Positions 1 to 8,814 of a stretch of DNA of 63,701 bases are shown here, in pieces; the first letter of the stretch is position 1, and each line of letters begins with the position of its first letter. Origin of the DNA: Clostridia bacterium (lineage in GTDB: Bacteria > CBDUZB01 > JAGLHV01); NCBI GenBank assembly GCA_030637025.1, contig DAOVVV010000011.1, forward strand, positions 1-63,701. Reading direction: 5' to 3'. The translations under genes were made by a program, and so were the position numbers. The notes under the pieces were generated by a model that was given only the letters and a program-made list of their open reading frames with translations, made no database searches and was not told the origin of the DNA.

Positions 1-960
1 AATAGGCCTGTTTTAGAATATACATTACAATTATTAAAAAAACATAATATTACCGAAGTAACCATTAATTTGTACACTGCACCTGAAATGATTACCGGTT
101 ATTTTGGGGATGGTTCTTCTTTGGGGATGAAAATTAATTATTCCGTAGAAAAGGAATTAATGGGTACTGCCGGGGGAGTAAAAAAAGTGGAGGATTTTTT
201 TGGTGAAACATTTTTAGTGATGAGCGGGGATGGGCTTACCGATATTAATTTAACTGAAGTAATTGAATTTCATCGTCAAAAGAAAGCATTGGCTACGATG
301 GTACTAAAAGCGGTTGATACCCGTTTTGAATACGGGGTTACTATGGTGGACAATGAAAATAGAATTGAAAAATTTGTAGAAAAGCCGAACTGGGGAGATG
401 TTTTTTGTAATACCGTAAATACGGGGATTTATGTTTTCCAAAAAGAAATTTTTAACTTTATGCCCTCTAATAAATTTTATGATTTCGGACATGATTTATG
501 GCCTTTGCTTTTGGAAAAAAGAGAAAAAATTTTTGGTTGCCTCAGGGAAGAATATTGGTGTGATATTGGAAATTTGGACGAATATAAAAAAGCCCAGCAA
601 AATGTTTTAGAAGGTAAAGTAGAAATATGTATGCCCGGGGAAAAATATGCGGAAAATGTTTGGGTAGGAAAAGAAACTAAAATAGACAAAACAGCCCGAA
701 TAACAGGGCCATGTTTAATTGGTAAAAAATGTCAAATAGAGAAGGGTGTTTGTCTGGGACCGGGTACTAGTATCGGAGATTATTCGATTATTAAAGAGGG
801 GGCAATTTTAAACAATTGTATCCTATGGAATAACGTTTGTATTGATGAGAATGTAGAATTAAAAAATTGTATTTTGGGAGATTCCACGCATATTTCCGGA
901 AATATTTCCGCTTTTAATGGAGTGGTGATTAATGTCGGGAAAAAAGAGGAAAAAAAATGA
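1..960 (+). CDS. NDP-sugar pyrophosphorylase (mannose-1-phosphate guanylyltransferase-like), 5' end outside window
   Basis: Frame is open from base 1 (NRPVLEY...). Contains E-LMGTAGGVK, SGDGLTD, FVEKP, NTGIY and YWCDIG motifs plus a C-terminal hexapeptide-repeat region. Confidence 0.85.
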   Translation, partial: NRPVLEYTLQLLKKHNITEVTINLYTAPEMITGYFGDGSSLGMKINYSVEKELMGTAGGVKKVEDFFGETFLVMSGDGLTDINLTEVIEFHRQKKALATMVLKAVDTRFEYGVTMVDNENRIEKFVEKPNWGDVFCNTVNTGIYVFQKEIFNFMPSNKFYDFGHDLWPLLLEKREKIFGCLREEYWCDIGNLDEYKKAQQNVLEGKVEICMPGEKYAENVWVGKETKIDKTARITGPCLIGKKCQIEKGVCLGPGTSIGDYSIIKEGAILNNCILWNNVCIDENVELKNCILGDSTHISGNISAFNGVVINVGKKEEKK

Positions 961-1895
961 AGAATTTAATTTCTATTTGTTCTTTAACCAGACAGGAAAT
1001 AGAAAAGATTATTGCTCTTACCGGCAAAATAAAATATGAGAAAAAGGTAAAAAAAGGCGATAAACCTTTGGCCGGAAAAATTTTGGCTATGATTTTCGAA
1101 AAACCTTCTTTACGCACCAGGGTAACTTTTGAAGTAGGAATGATTCAATTGGGCGGTAATACTATTTATTTATCCAGTGAGGATGTACAATTAGGAAAAA
1201 GAGAGGCTGTTTCCGATGTGGCTAAGAATTTATCCCGTTGGGTAGATGTAATAATGATTAGGACTTACCACCAGGAAAAAATCGAAATAATGGCCAGGAC
1301 AGCAAACATTCCCGTGATTAACGGCCTTTCCGATTTAGAGCATCCCTGTCAGGTATTAGGCGATTTTTTTACTATTCTGGAGAAAAAAAAGAGTTTTAAA
1401 AATTTAAAGATTTGTTTTATCGGTGACGGGAATAATGTATGTTATTCTTTAATGTTTGCAGCAGCTAAATTGGGAGTCAATATTAGTCTGGCGATTCCGG
1501 ATAGCTATAGGCCTGAAAAAAAATATATTAATATGGCCCAAAAAGATGCATTGGTTTCAGGGAGTAAAATAGAATTTTTAAAAGATCCTTATCAGGCAGT
1601 AAAAGATGCTGATGTTGTTTATACTGATGTGTGGACATCAATGGGTAAAGAAAAAGAAAGAAAAAAAAGGATAAAGGATTTTAAAAATTATCAGGTTAAC
1701 CGGAAATTACTTGAAAAAGCACATAAAGATTTCATTGTGATGCATTGTTTACCGGCTCATCGGGGAGAAGAAATTACCGGGGAAGTGATAGATGGTTTGC
1801 ATTCCGTGGTTTTTGATCAGGCAGAAAACAGGCTCCATGTACAGAAAGCTATTTTAACTTTACTGATGAAATCAAAAATCAGAAAAAGTAAATAA
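957..1895 (+). CDS. argF: Ornithine carbamoyltransferase
   Basis: FEKPSLRTR, HPCQ, DVWTSMG, HCLPAHRGEE and QAENRLH motifs. Confidence 0.95.
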   Translation: MKNLISICSLTRQEIEKIIALTGKIKYEKKVKKGDKPLAGKILAMIFEKPSLRTRVTFEVGMIQLGGNTIYLSSEDVQLGKREAVSDVAKNLSRWVDVIMIRTYHQEKIEIMARTANIPVINGLSDLEHPCQVLGDFFTILEKKKSFKNLKICFIGDGNNVCYSLMFAAAKLGVNISLAIPDSYRPEKKYINMAQKDALVSGSKIEFLKDPYQAVKDADVVYTDVWTSMGKEKERKKRIKDFKNYQVNRKLLEKAHKDFIVMHCLPAHRGEEITGEVIDGLHSVVFDQAENRLHVQKAILTLLMKSKIRKSK

Positions 1896-1920
1896 GTTGC
1901 GGTTGAGTTTTTTAAATATT

Positions 1921-2374
1921 TTAAGGCTGTTCTTCAGCTGTTATAGTTACAGTTATAGTTTGTTGTGTTTTTAAAGTAGTACTGCTGGGTGATTCAAACC
2001 TGAACCATAAATATCTATCTTCACTGGGCGGCACATTATATCCTTTAGCCGCTTCCCCCTCGTCATCTTTGGCAAAATCTCCCGTAGAACATACCCGCTG
2101 AGTAGTTCCAATGGCATCGGAAAAACTTCCTCCGATATCAAAATGGCTGGTTTGTGCTGTGGCCGTCTGGAAATTACCGCACATACGGAATTCTTCCGCC
2201 CCGGGAGCAGTGTCAGTAACGCAGGTCCAGCCGGGATGGGAAGCAAGGTGAAGGCAATAGCGTTCGTTGACATCTCCGTCATTGGTAACGGTAATTGAGC
2301 TAATGGAAACATTTGTACTGTTTTTAAGCACTGTTCCGAAATCGCAAGCAGAAGAATCAATGGAGATACTTATG
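1921..2374 (-). repeat. Shared 3' cassette copy 1 (pilin-like domain, about 450 bp)
   Basis: Near-identical DNA and protein (YDFGTVLKNSTN...GAEEFRMCGNFQT...RYLWFRFESP...TITVTITAEEQP) at 5003, 11369, 13549, 14627 and 20056. Confidence 0.95.
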
Positions 2375-4545
2375 TTAGTTCCGGCTCCGCTCCGTGAGGC
2401 CTGGTCGGTATTGGCATAGGCACCCATATTAACCATGTCTCCGTTGTCTTCAGTTTCATTATCATAATATGTATACTCTACACTACCTGAATAAGGGGTT
2501 CCGGCATCAATACAGGGACTGGATTCAGCATCATTAATCCAACCTCCGCTTGTCCAGTGACCGGCAGTGGATTTTAAATGAAAATCACTGCCGGGAGTTA
2601 CGAATTTCGGGTCTTCTGATATTGAATTTGCATCTGGAGATAGATAACAGGCTTGCCAATCAACCAGGGTGGTGTAAGTTTCTGACGGGTTTACCCAAGA
2701 CCAGGTGTAAGCCAACCGGTTACCGGCGTCAACATAAAAAATATTATAATCGGAATCCGGTGCGTTATTATAAAAACCACCATCGCTCAAAAAAACTTGC
2801 TCTATTAGTGTTGAGCAATCATTAACACAGAAGATATTGTTCCGAACAGTAGCTCCTGAAAAGTCCGGCTGGAAGATGGCTGAGATAACATTATAAAATG
2901 TATTATTGTATGCCTGGGAATTTTGGCCTAATCGCCAGATTCCAGCGCTGTTGTGATTAAAATTCCCATTAGTGCTAACACGAATTAAATCGTGAAATAT
3001 GCAGTTACGAATAGTAGTAAAAGAAGCAGCTGCTCCAACCCCATGCGATAGTGTTCCGGTAAAGTTTATTCCTTGAATTGTAACATAAGAAATGCTGATC
3101 AGTAAAGCTCCGTAAGAGTTTTGGCTGTCATAATTAGCAAATAAAACCGTACTGGTATCGTTTTTCCATGTGGGCCTTTCTCCGGTCTTAGAACGGATAG
3201 TTAATGTGTCTGATGAAGTAGTAGTCAGACCGGAAAGAGCTACTCCTTCTACGTAATCAGCACTGTTTTGAATTTGAATATAAAATTTACCTTTACCAGT
3301 TAAATCATTGGATTCATTGGTGCAAAGGTCGGAAAATGCCTGTCCTATCGTTTGCCAGCAGTTATCCAGTACATCAGGATTCCCATCAGGGACACCACTA
3401 TTGTCAGGGGCAGTAGAATTGACATAATAAAAAGTGAAGGACTTAATTATTGCTGCACCTAATTGAACGGCATAAGTGCTAATATCATCACTTGCAGAGG
3501 AAATAGTAACGTCACCCGAAGAAGTGATTTCTATTCCCACGGTAGTATCTTCCACTGCGGAAGGGCTTACATCCAGGATTACATGGATGTAGTTTGTTGT
3601 TGCATATTCTGCAGTTACCGGTGTAGATGAAAAATCAAAACTGGCCTGATTACTGGCATTAAAACTTGTGCTTGTTGCCAGTTGACTTTCGGTTCCGTTG
3701 TAGATACCGTCTGTATCGGTAAATAATTTTATATTACTCAGGACAGCATCGGCATCACAGGTTCCGTATTCGGTAATGGTAATAGTGCTCAAATCACGCG
3801 CTTCGCTGGTGTTATCAGCGTAATATTTAAAGGTCCCGACAACCAGATTGGAGGTACCTTTGCATAACGAATTAACTCCGCTATGTTTAGCAATAGTTAC
3901 CTGTGTTTGCCCCGTAGTGGTATAATCAATTACCAATTTAGGTCTGTAATTATTGTATCCGGTATCTACCGTATAAAATCCGCAGTTATTAAAGGGTTGT
4001 CCGCTTTCAGCATCATTTTTAACCAGTAAACCGTCATTATTAGCCGGTGTATTCCACCAGTCCTGGATTGTGCTGGTAGCCGTATAACTTGCTTCTGCTC
4101 CGTTAGTATCCTGGTAGGTGTAATTACCAAGTTCAGTGGGATTAAAGGTACCCCCGGCAGTAGTCCAGGCGGTTGCATTATCTCTATTATTCCAGCAGGC
4201 GTATCCTGAAGTCCAGTTTTCGGTGAGTTGATAACATCTAAGGGTTAAACCACTACTTCCTACGGTATTTTCATACATATAGAAAGTAGCCGAATTTATT
4301 GAAGAACCAGGGGGAATAATGGAAAGAAGGTCAAATTGGGCAATGTATCTATACACAGTACTATTAGTGTGTCCTATTGCGTATGAAGTTTGTGAGCGAT
4401 TTATAGTAGTTGGGTCGTCACTATCTATTCCGTTATCTGCGGTTGGGTATATGGTCACAATATCTGTTTTGGCATATTCAATCCAGAAAGCAAGATGAAA
4501 AACAATAAAAAGTAATAATAAAACAATTTTTTTGTGTAATTTCAT
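1921..4545 (-). CDS. Secreted adhesin-like protein: DNRLRE/CBM96-like domain + Ig-like + parallel beta-helix + shared C-terminal pilin-like domain
   Basis: Signal peptide. QFDL..IPPGSSINSATF...RPKLVIDY (DNRLRE-like). YNNTF/RNNIF and DFHLKS...SPCIDAG...NMGAY (beta-helix end). The last ~150 aa are shared with four other proteins here. Confidence 0.75.
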   Translation of the reverse strand: MKLHKKIVLLLLFIVFHLAFWIEYAKTDIVTIYPTADNGIDSDDPTTINRSQTSYAIGHTNSTVYRYIAQFDLLSIIPPGSSINSATFYMYENTVGSSGLTLRCYQLTENWTSGYACWNNRDNATAWTTAGGTFNPTELGNYTYQDTNGAEASYTATSTIQDWWNTPANNDGLLVKNDAESGQPFNNCGFYTVDTGYNNYRPKLVIDYTTTGQTQVTIAKHSGVNSLCKGTSNLVVGTFKYYADNTSEARDLSTITITEYGTCDADAVLSNIKLFTDTDGIYNGTESQLATSTSFNASNQASFDFSSTPVTAEYATTNYIHVILDVSPSAVEDTTVGIEITSSGDVTISSASDDISTYAVQLGAAIIKSFTFYYVNSTAPDNSGVPDGNPDVLDNCWQTIGQAFSDLCTNESNDLTGKGKFYIQIQNSADYVEGVALSGLTTTSSDTLTIRSKTGERPTWKNDTSTVLFANYDSQNSYGALLISISYVTIQGINFTGTLSHGVGAAASFTTIRNCIFHDLIRVSTNGNFNHNSAGIWRLGQNSQAYNNTFYNVISAIFQPDFSGATVRNNIFCVNDCSTLIEQVFLSDGGFYNNAPDSDYNIFYVDAGNRLAYTWSWVNPSETYTTLVDWQACYLSPDANSISEDPKFVTPGSDFHLKSTAGHWTSGGWINDAESSPCIDAGTPYSGSVEYTYYDNETEDNGDMVNMGAYANTDQASRSGAGTNISISIDSSACDFGTVLKNSTNVSISSITVTNDGDVNERYCLHLASHPGWTCVTDTAPGAEEFRMCGNFQTATAQTSHFDIGGSFSDAIGTTQRVCSTGDFAKDDEGEAAKGYNVPPSEDRYLWFRFESPSSTTLKTQQTITVTITAEEQP

Positions 4546-4571
4546 TTTTTAAAATCCTCTTTTTAAACTAC

Positions 4572-4881
4572 TTATTCGGCTACTAGAATTGTTCCGGTTA
4601 TTGCTTTTCCGTTAACTTTTAATTGATAGACATAAATACCACTTCTTACTTTTATTCAGTCATTAAATTTTCTATTTCAGCAAAGAGAATTAGTTATTTC
4701 TCCGTGAAGCATATCTGCTACATAAGAGCCGGTTATTTAATGTATCATTAATAATATCGTTGGATATATCAAATTGGCCAAGACAATCATAAGCGTTCTG
4801 ACCATTAGTAAATGCATAACTTTTTATATGCAGAAAAAAAATAAATATAAAAATGAAATAAAATAAAATAATTTTTTTCAT
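4572..4881 (-). pseudogene. Internally deleted remnant of a secreted CTD-bearing protein
   Basis: Signal peptide plus AFTNGQNAYDCLGQFD is joined to DNA at 4572-4730 that aligns with the 3' end of the 581-aa CTD gene (24000-24160; SGIYVYQLKVNGKAITGTILVAE) but out of frame. Confidence 0.8.
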
Positions 4882-5002
4882 TGTTTTAAACTTTATTAAT
4901 TTTGTAAACTTTTAGTTAAACATTTTTATTATGATATTTATTATATAAAAAACCATATTCTGTTTCAATACTTTATTTTTTAAATATAAATATAATTATT
5001 GA

Positions 5003-5460
5003 TTAAGGCTGTTCTTCAGCCGTTATAGTTACAGTTATAGTTTGTTGTGTTTTTAAAGTAGTACTGCTCGGTGATTCAAACCTGAACCATAAATATCTAT
5101 CTTCACTGGGAGGCACATTATATCCTTTAGCCACTTCACCTTCGTCATCTTTAACAAAATCTCCTGTAGAACATACCCGCTGAGTAGTTCCGATGGCATC
5201 GGAAAAACTTCCGCCAATATCAAAATGGCTGGTTTGTGCAGTAGCCGTCTGGAAATTACCGCACATACGGAATTCTTCTGCCCCGGGTGCAGTATCAGTG
5301 ACACAGGTCCATCCGGCAGGGGCAGCAAGGTGAAGAGAATAGCGTTCGTTGACAATGCCATCGTTAGTAACGGTAATGGAGCTGACAGAAACATTAGTAC
5401 TGTTTTTCAGCACAGTTCCAAAATCGTAAGAAGAAGAATCAATGGAAATGCTGATACTAC
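5003..5460 (-). repeat. Shared 3' cassette copy 2
   Basis: Near-identical to 1921-2374. Confidence 0.95.
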
Positions 5461-5917
5461 TTATTTGTGCCCAGGCATTAGTCTTATTTGATATTCCCGA
5501 CCAGTTTAAAGCTCCATCGGCGGTTTTGATGTAGAAATAATAAGTAGTTCCGTCAATTAGACTACCGATGGTTTTATTTTCATTATTTCCGGGTGATGTA
5601 TTCGTTGACCATTGTAATTCGTAAGGCATATCATCCCATATATGAGCAGTTTCGGAAGAATATTTTATGTGATACTGGCCGTTAGTAATATTTCCTGTAT
5701 TTCCATCGTCTCCGGAAGCTGTCCAGGTTAAATCTATTGTACCTCCCGATGTCCCTGTAGAAGCCGACAAATCGGTAATGTCTGCCGGTGGTGTAGTATC
5801 CGGGGTACAGCTTACGGTAAGGGTATTGGGATTAAGGGCATAAATACAGGTAACTAACAGCAAATAACAAATGAGTGCAAAAAGAACAAAAATAATATTT
5901 TTTTTAAAGTTAGTCAT
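5003..5917 (-). CDS. Secreted FN3 + shared pilin-like domain protein (minor subunit)
   Basis: Likely start MTNFKK at 5917 with a GGAG RBS. Signal peptide ends IYA. One FN3 domain (DTTPPADITDL...LTWTASGDDG...TTYYFYIKT), then the shared cassette. Confidence 0.8.
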   Translation of the reverse strand: MTNFKKNIIFVLFALICYLLLVTCIYALNPNTLTVSCTPDTTPPADITDLSASTGTSGGTIDLTWTASGDDGNTGNITNGQYHIKYSSETAHIWDDMPYELQWSTNTSPGNNENKTIGSLIDGTTYYFYIKTADGALNWSGISNKTNAWAQISSISISIDSSSYDFGTVLKNSTNVSVSSITVTNDGIVNERYSLHLAAPAGWTCVTDTAPGAEEFRMCGNFQTATAQTSHFDIGGSFSDAIGTTQRVCSTGDFVKDDEGEVAKGYNVPPSEDRYLWFRFESPSSTTLKTQQTITVTITAEEQP

Positions 5918-5961
5918 TTTTTTTCTCCGGTTTTTAATTTTTTTCTTTTTATATTTCCTCT

Positions 5962-6888
5962 TCAATCCAAGATTACTATCTGATTACGATAGTAATATTC
6001 TACAGACTTCAGTCCAAAAGGACTCATAGTAACAGTGGGATCAAGATATGCTTCGTTTGTTTCAAAGAGATATATTAGAAATAGCGAAGATCCAGTATTA
6101 TCTTCCCATCCTGCGTACCATGTTGTAAAAGAATAAGAAAGAGTAGTACTTCTGGCTTTTCTTGATGCAGAGGTAAACGTGCTGATGCTGGATGTAATAG
6201 GCCAATAAAAACCACCGGTTGTGCTATAGTAAAAAATCGTGTTATCTATCGCAGTATCAATTAATGATTGTGAAGAAGTAGGGAGCTGTGACCATCCGGT
6301 ATAAGAGCCTTTTGTTATCGGAGTAATACATGTATCAAGTGCACTTGAATAATCACTTTCGGATGTTCCATACCCTACATTTTTATAATATAGATCTCCG
6401 TCGGCTAAGTAAATATATCCTGCAGGAAGACCTGCCTGTAACTTAACGGCTATATTTTGAGTTAAGGTAGCTGTTGTATTGGTCGGAGAGTTAAGTTCCA
6501 GATCAAAAGTCTGGGTAGTGCCTTTAGGTAACTCTGAATTTATTGTTTGAGTAGAAGCAATGGAAGTAAAGGAGACCAACTGACCTCCTTGAGCCTTTAA
6601 ACAGAATATTTCATTTCCTGCTGCATCCCCTTTAGTCCAATCCTGGGAGTTTTCACACCAGAGTTCCATTACCGAAGAATGGGAAGACCATCCACCAAAA
6701 TAACCACTGGAGGTGGAAGTGGAAAAATTAAGTCCAACCCTTCCGAAATCATAGGTAGTTGTTGTCACGGATACCTGCCATTCCCAGGCATAGCTTTTTT
6801 GAGTAAGTATTGTGTAAAAAAGCAATCCAATAAATAAAATCAATAAATAAAATCTTATAAATGAAATATTTTTTTTAAAGTTACTCAA
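5962..6888 (-). CDS. Secreted minor subunit B (divergent N-terminal pilin-like domain + variable C-terminal domain)
   Basis: TTG start and signal peptide. The first ~190 aa are nearly identical to 7880-8794. YDFG, W..GDAAGNEIF and SPTNTTATLTQNI motifs parallel the shared domain. Confidence 0.65.
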   Translation of the reverse strand: MSNFKKNISFIRFYLLILFIGLLFYTILTQKSYAWEWQVSVTTTTYDFGRVGLNFSTSTSSGYFGGWSSHSSVMELWCENSQDWTKGDAAGNEIFCLKAQGGQLVSFTSIASTQTINSELPKGTTQTFDLELNSPTNTTATLTQNIAVKLQAGLPAGYIYLADGDLYYKNVGYGTSESDYSSALDTCITPITKGSYTGWSQLPTSSQSLIDTAIDNTIFYYSTTGGFYWPITSSISTFTSASRKARSTTLSYSFTTWYAGWEDNTGSSLFLIYLFETNEAYLDPTVTMSPFGLKSVEYYYRNQIVILD

Positions 6889-7852
6889 TTTTTTTCTCCG
6901 ATGCGGATTTAATTTTTATTCGGCTGAAAGCATCATTTCCTTCATCAATAGAGTGAACGAAAATTAAACATTCTAACTTTTTATCAATAAACTCTTTTGT
7001 TTTTGGTAGATAAATTTTCAAGGTTATTGTTTGCGATTCTTTTCCCTTTATTTTTAATTCGGATAGAGTTTCTTCAAGACAAATACCCTGAGCAAAGCAT
7101 TTGGCCCATTTGTGATAGCGATCCTGATGCAGCCAATTAAATTCCCGGCTATGAGGAATAAATTCCCCCTGCGGAATTCTCCACGGACTAATGGTTCGTA
7201 CCCGGTAGAAATGCTCTTCTTTTGTGTTGTTATAAAGTTTGACCTGTGCCTGAACGGTAGTACCTAAAGGTAAGTTTTTAAATTCTATCACACTTGGAAT
7301 AAGAGTGAATGTATTTAATAATTTTTTATTTAGAGAATTTATTTTTATATCTGATTTGCTTTCGGTTTCTATTTGATAACGCGTTTCCATATTTAATCCG
7401 AACAATTCTCCTTTTTCTTGTTTAGTACTTACAATAATGCCTACTTCCCAATGCCGGTTGTAGTATTCTTCCTTTTTAGGAATTTTAAAGTAAAGAGGAA
7501 TTTCTTTTTTCTGCCGGGGTTTTAAGGTAATTGTATTTTTTTCAAACCAGACCCAGGAGGTATTTGGGATAGCTTTATATCCCTGAAATGTCCTTTGAGG
7601 TTTTTTAATGGAAAGCATAAATGTATGCGGTAAATCACTGTTGTTTTTAATACAAAAATTTATTTCTGACATCTGTTTTAAACTGATTTTTTTCCCTAAA
7701 GGAAGATTTTCTATGAGTTGAATATGGGGTTGGATACCTATCCCTGTTGCCCGGATAAATGAAACGTTGATGAAAAAAGTGCCCAATATAAAAACCCCCA
7801 ATGAGATGAATTTTTGGTAAAATCGGGATTTGGTTTTATTTTGTTTGGTCAT
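6881..7852 (-). CDS. Exported tandem-Ig chaperone-like protein 2 (PapD/DUF916-like)
   Basis: Signal/TM segment followed by two internally similar beta domains (IKNNSD...SWVWFEKNTITLKPRQKKEIPLYFKIPK). Paralog of 27309-28226. Confidence 0.55.
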   Translation of the reverse strand: MTKQNKTKSRFYQKFISLGVFILGTFFINVSFIRATGIGIQPHIQLIENLPLGKKISLKQMSEINFCIKNNSDLPHTFMLSIKKPQRTFQGYKAIPNTSWVWFEKNTITLKPRQKKEIPLYFKIPKKEEYYNRHWEVGIIVSTKQEKGELFGLNMETRYQIETESKSDIKINSLNKKLLNTFTLIPSVIEFKNLPLGTTVQAQVKLYNNTKEEHFYRVRTISPWRIPQGEFIPHSREFNWLHQDRYHKWAKCFAQGICLEETLSELKIKGKESQTITLKIYLPKTKEFIDKKLECLIFVHSIDEGNDAFSRIKIKSASEKKIE

Positions 7853-7879
7853 TATATCTCTCCTTGTTATCTGTTTACT

Positions 7880-8794
7880 TCAATCAAGAATTACTATCTG
7901 ATTACGGTAGTAAATTTCGATAGTTTCTTGTGCGTACCCAACCATCTCGCTGGTATTCTCTATTGCTCTTAATAACTGTGTTAGATAAATGGAAGAATCG
8001 CTATTATCTTCCCATCCTGCGTACCATATTGTATGCCACTGAGTTAGTCTAGTAGTAGTATTTACTTGTCTTGATGAGGATGAACTACTAAAAGAGGATG
8101 TAACAGGGAAATAAAAACCACCAAGGATACTGTAGGAATATTTAGTCTGAGGTCCAAATCCTGGGAAGGAAACTCTAACTGATGAAGAATAGGTATCCAT
8201 TTGGCTCCACCCTGTATATGTATTCTTCATTAACGGGGTAATACAGGTATCAAGTGCACTCGAATAATCACTTTCAGATGTTCCATATCCTACATTTTTG
8301 TAATACAGGTCTCCATCGGCTAAATAAATATATCCTGCAGGAAGCCCGGCTTGTAACTTAACGGCTATATTTTGAGTTAAGGTAGCTGTTGTATTGGTCG
8401 GAGAGTTAAGTTCCAGATCAAAAGTCTGGGTAGTGCCTTTGGGTAACCCTGAATTTATTGTCTGAGTAGAAGCAATAGAGGTAAAGGAAACCAACTCGCC
8501 GCCTTGAGCTTTTAAACAGAATATTTCGTTTCCTGCTGAATCTCCTTTTGTCCAATCCTGGGAGTTTTCAGACCACAGTTCCATAAGTGAAGAATGGGAA
8601 GACCATACACCAAAATAACCACTGGAGGTAGAAGTCGAAAAATTAAGCCCAACCCTTCCGAAATCATAGGTAGTTGTTGCCACGGATACCTGCCATTCCC
8701 AGGCATAGCTTTTTTTTGGGAAAAAGGAATAAAAAAGCAATCCAATAAATAAAATCAATAAATAAAATCTTATAAATGAAATAATTTTCTCCAT
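7880..8794 (-). CDS. Secreted minor subunit A (paralog of 5962-6888)
   Basis: Signal peptide ending SYA. Same architecture and the same C-terminal YYRNQIVILD as the paralog. Confidence 0.65.
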   Translation of the reverse strand: MEKIISFIRFYLLILFIGLLFYSFFPKKSYAWEWQVSVATTTYDFGRVGLNFSTSTSSGYFGVWSSHSSLMELWSENSQDWTKGDSAGNEIFCLKAQGGELVSFTSIASTQTINSGLPKGTTQTFDLELNSPTNTTATLTQNIAVKLQAGLPAGYIYLADGDLYYKNVGYGTSESDYSSALDTCITPLMKNTYTGWSQMDTYSSSVRVSFPGFGPQTKYSYSILGGFYFPVTSSFSSSSSSRQVNTTTRLTQWHTIWYAGWEDNSDSSIYLTQLLRAIENTSEMVGYAQETIEIYYRNQIVILD

Positions 8795-8814
8795 AATTTT
8801 AAGTTCCTTTTTTT

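Noticed and set aside
5962-8794. Diversity-generating retroelement explanation for the variable C-termini
   Set aside because: No reverse transcriptase or template repeat is in the window, and the differences include indels and are not adenine-restricted.
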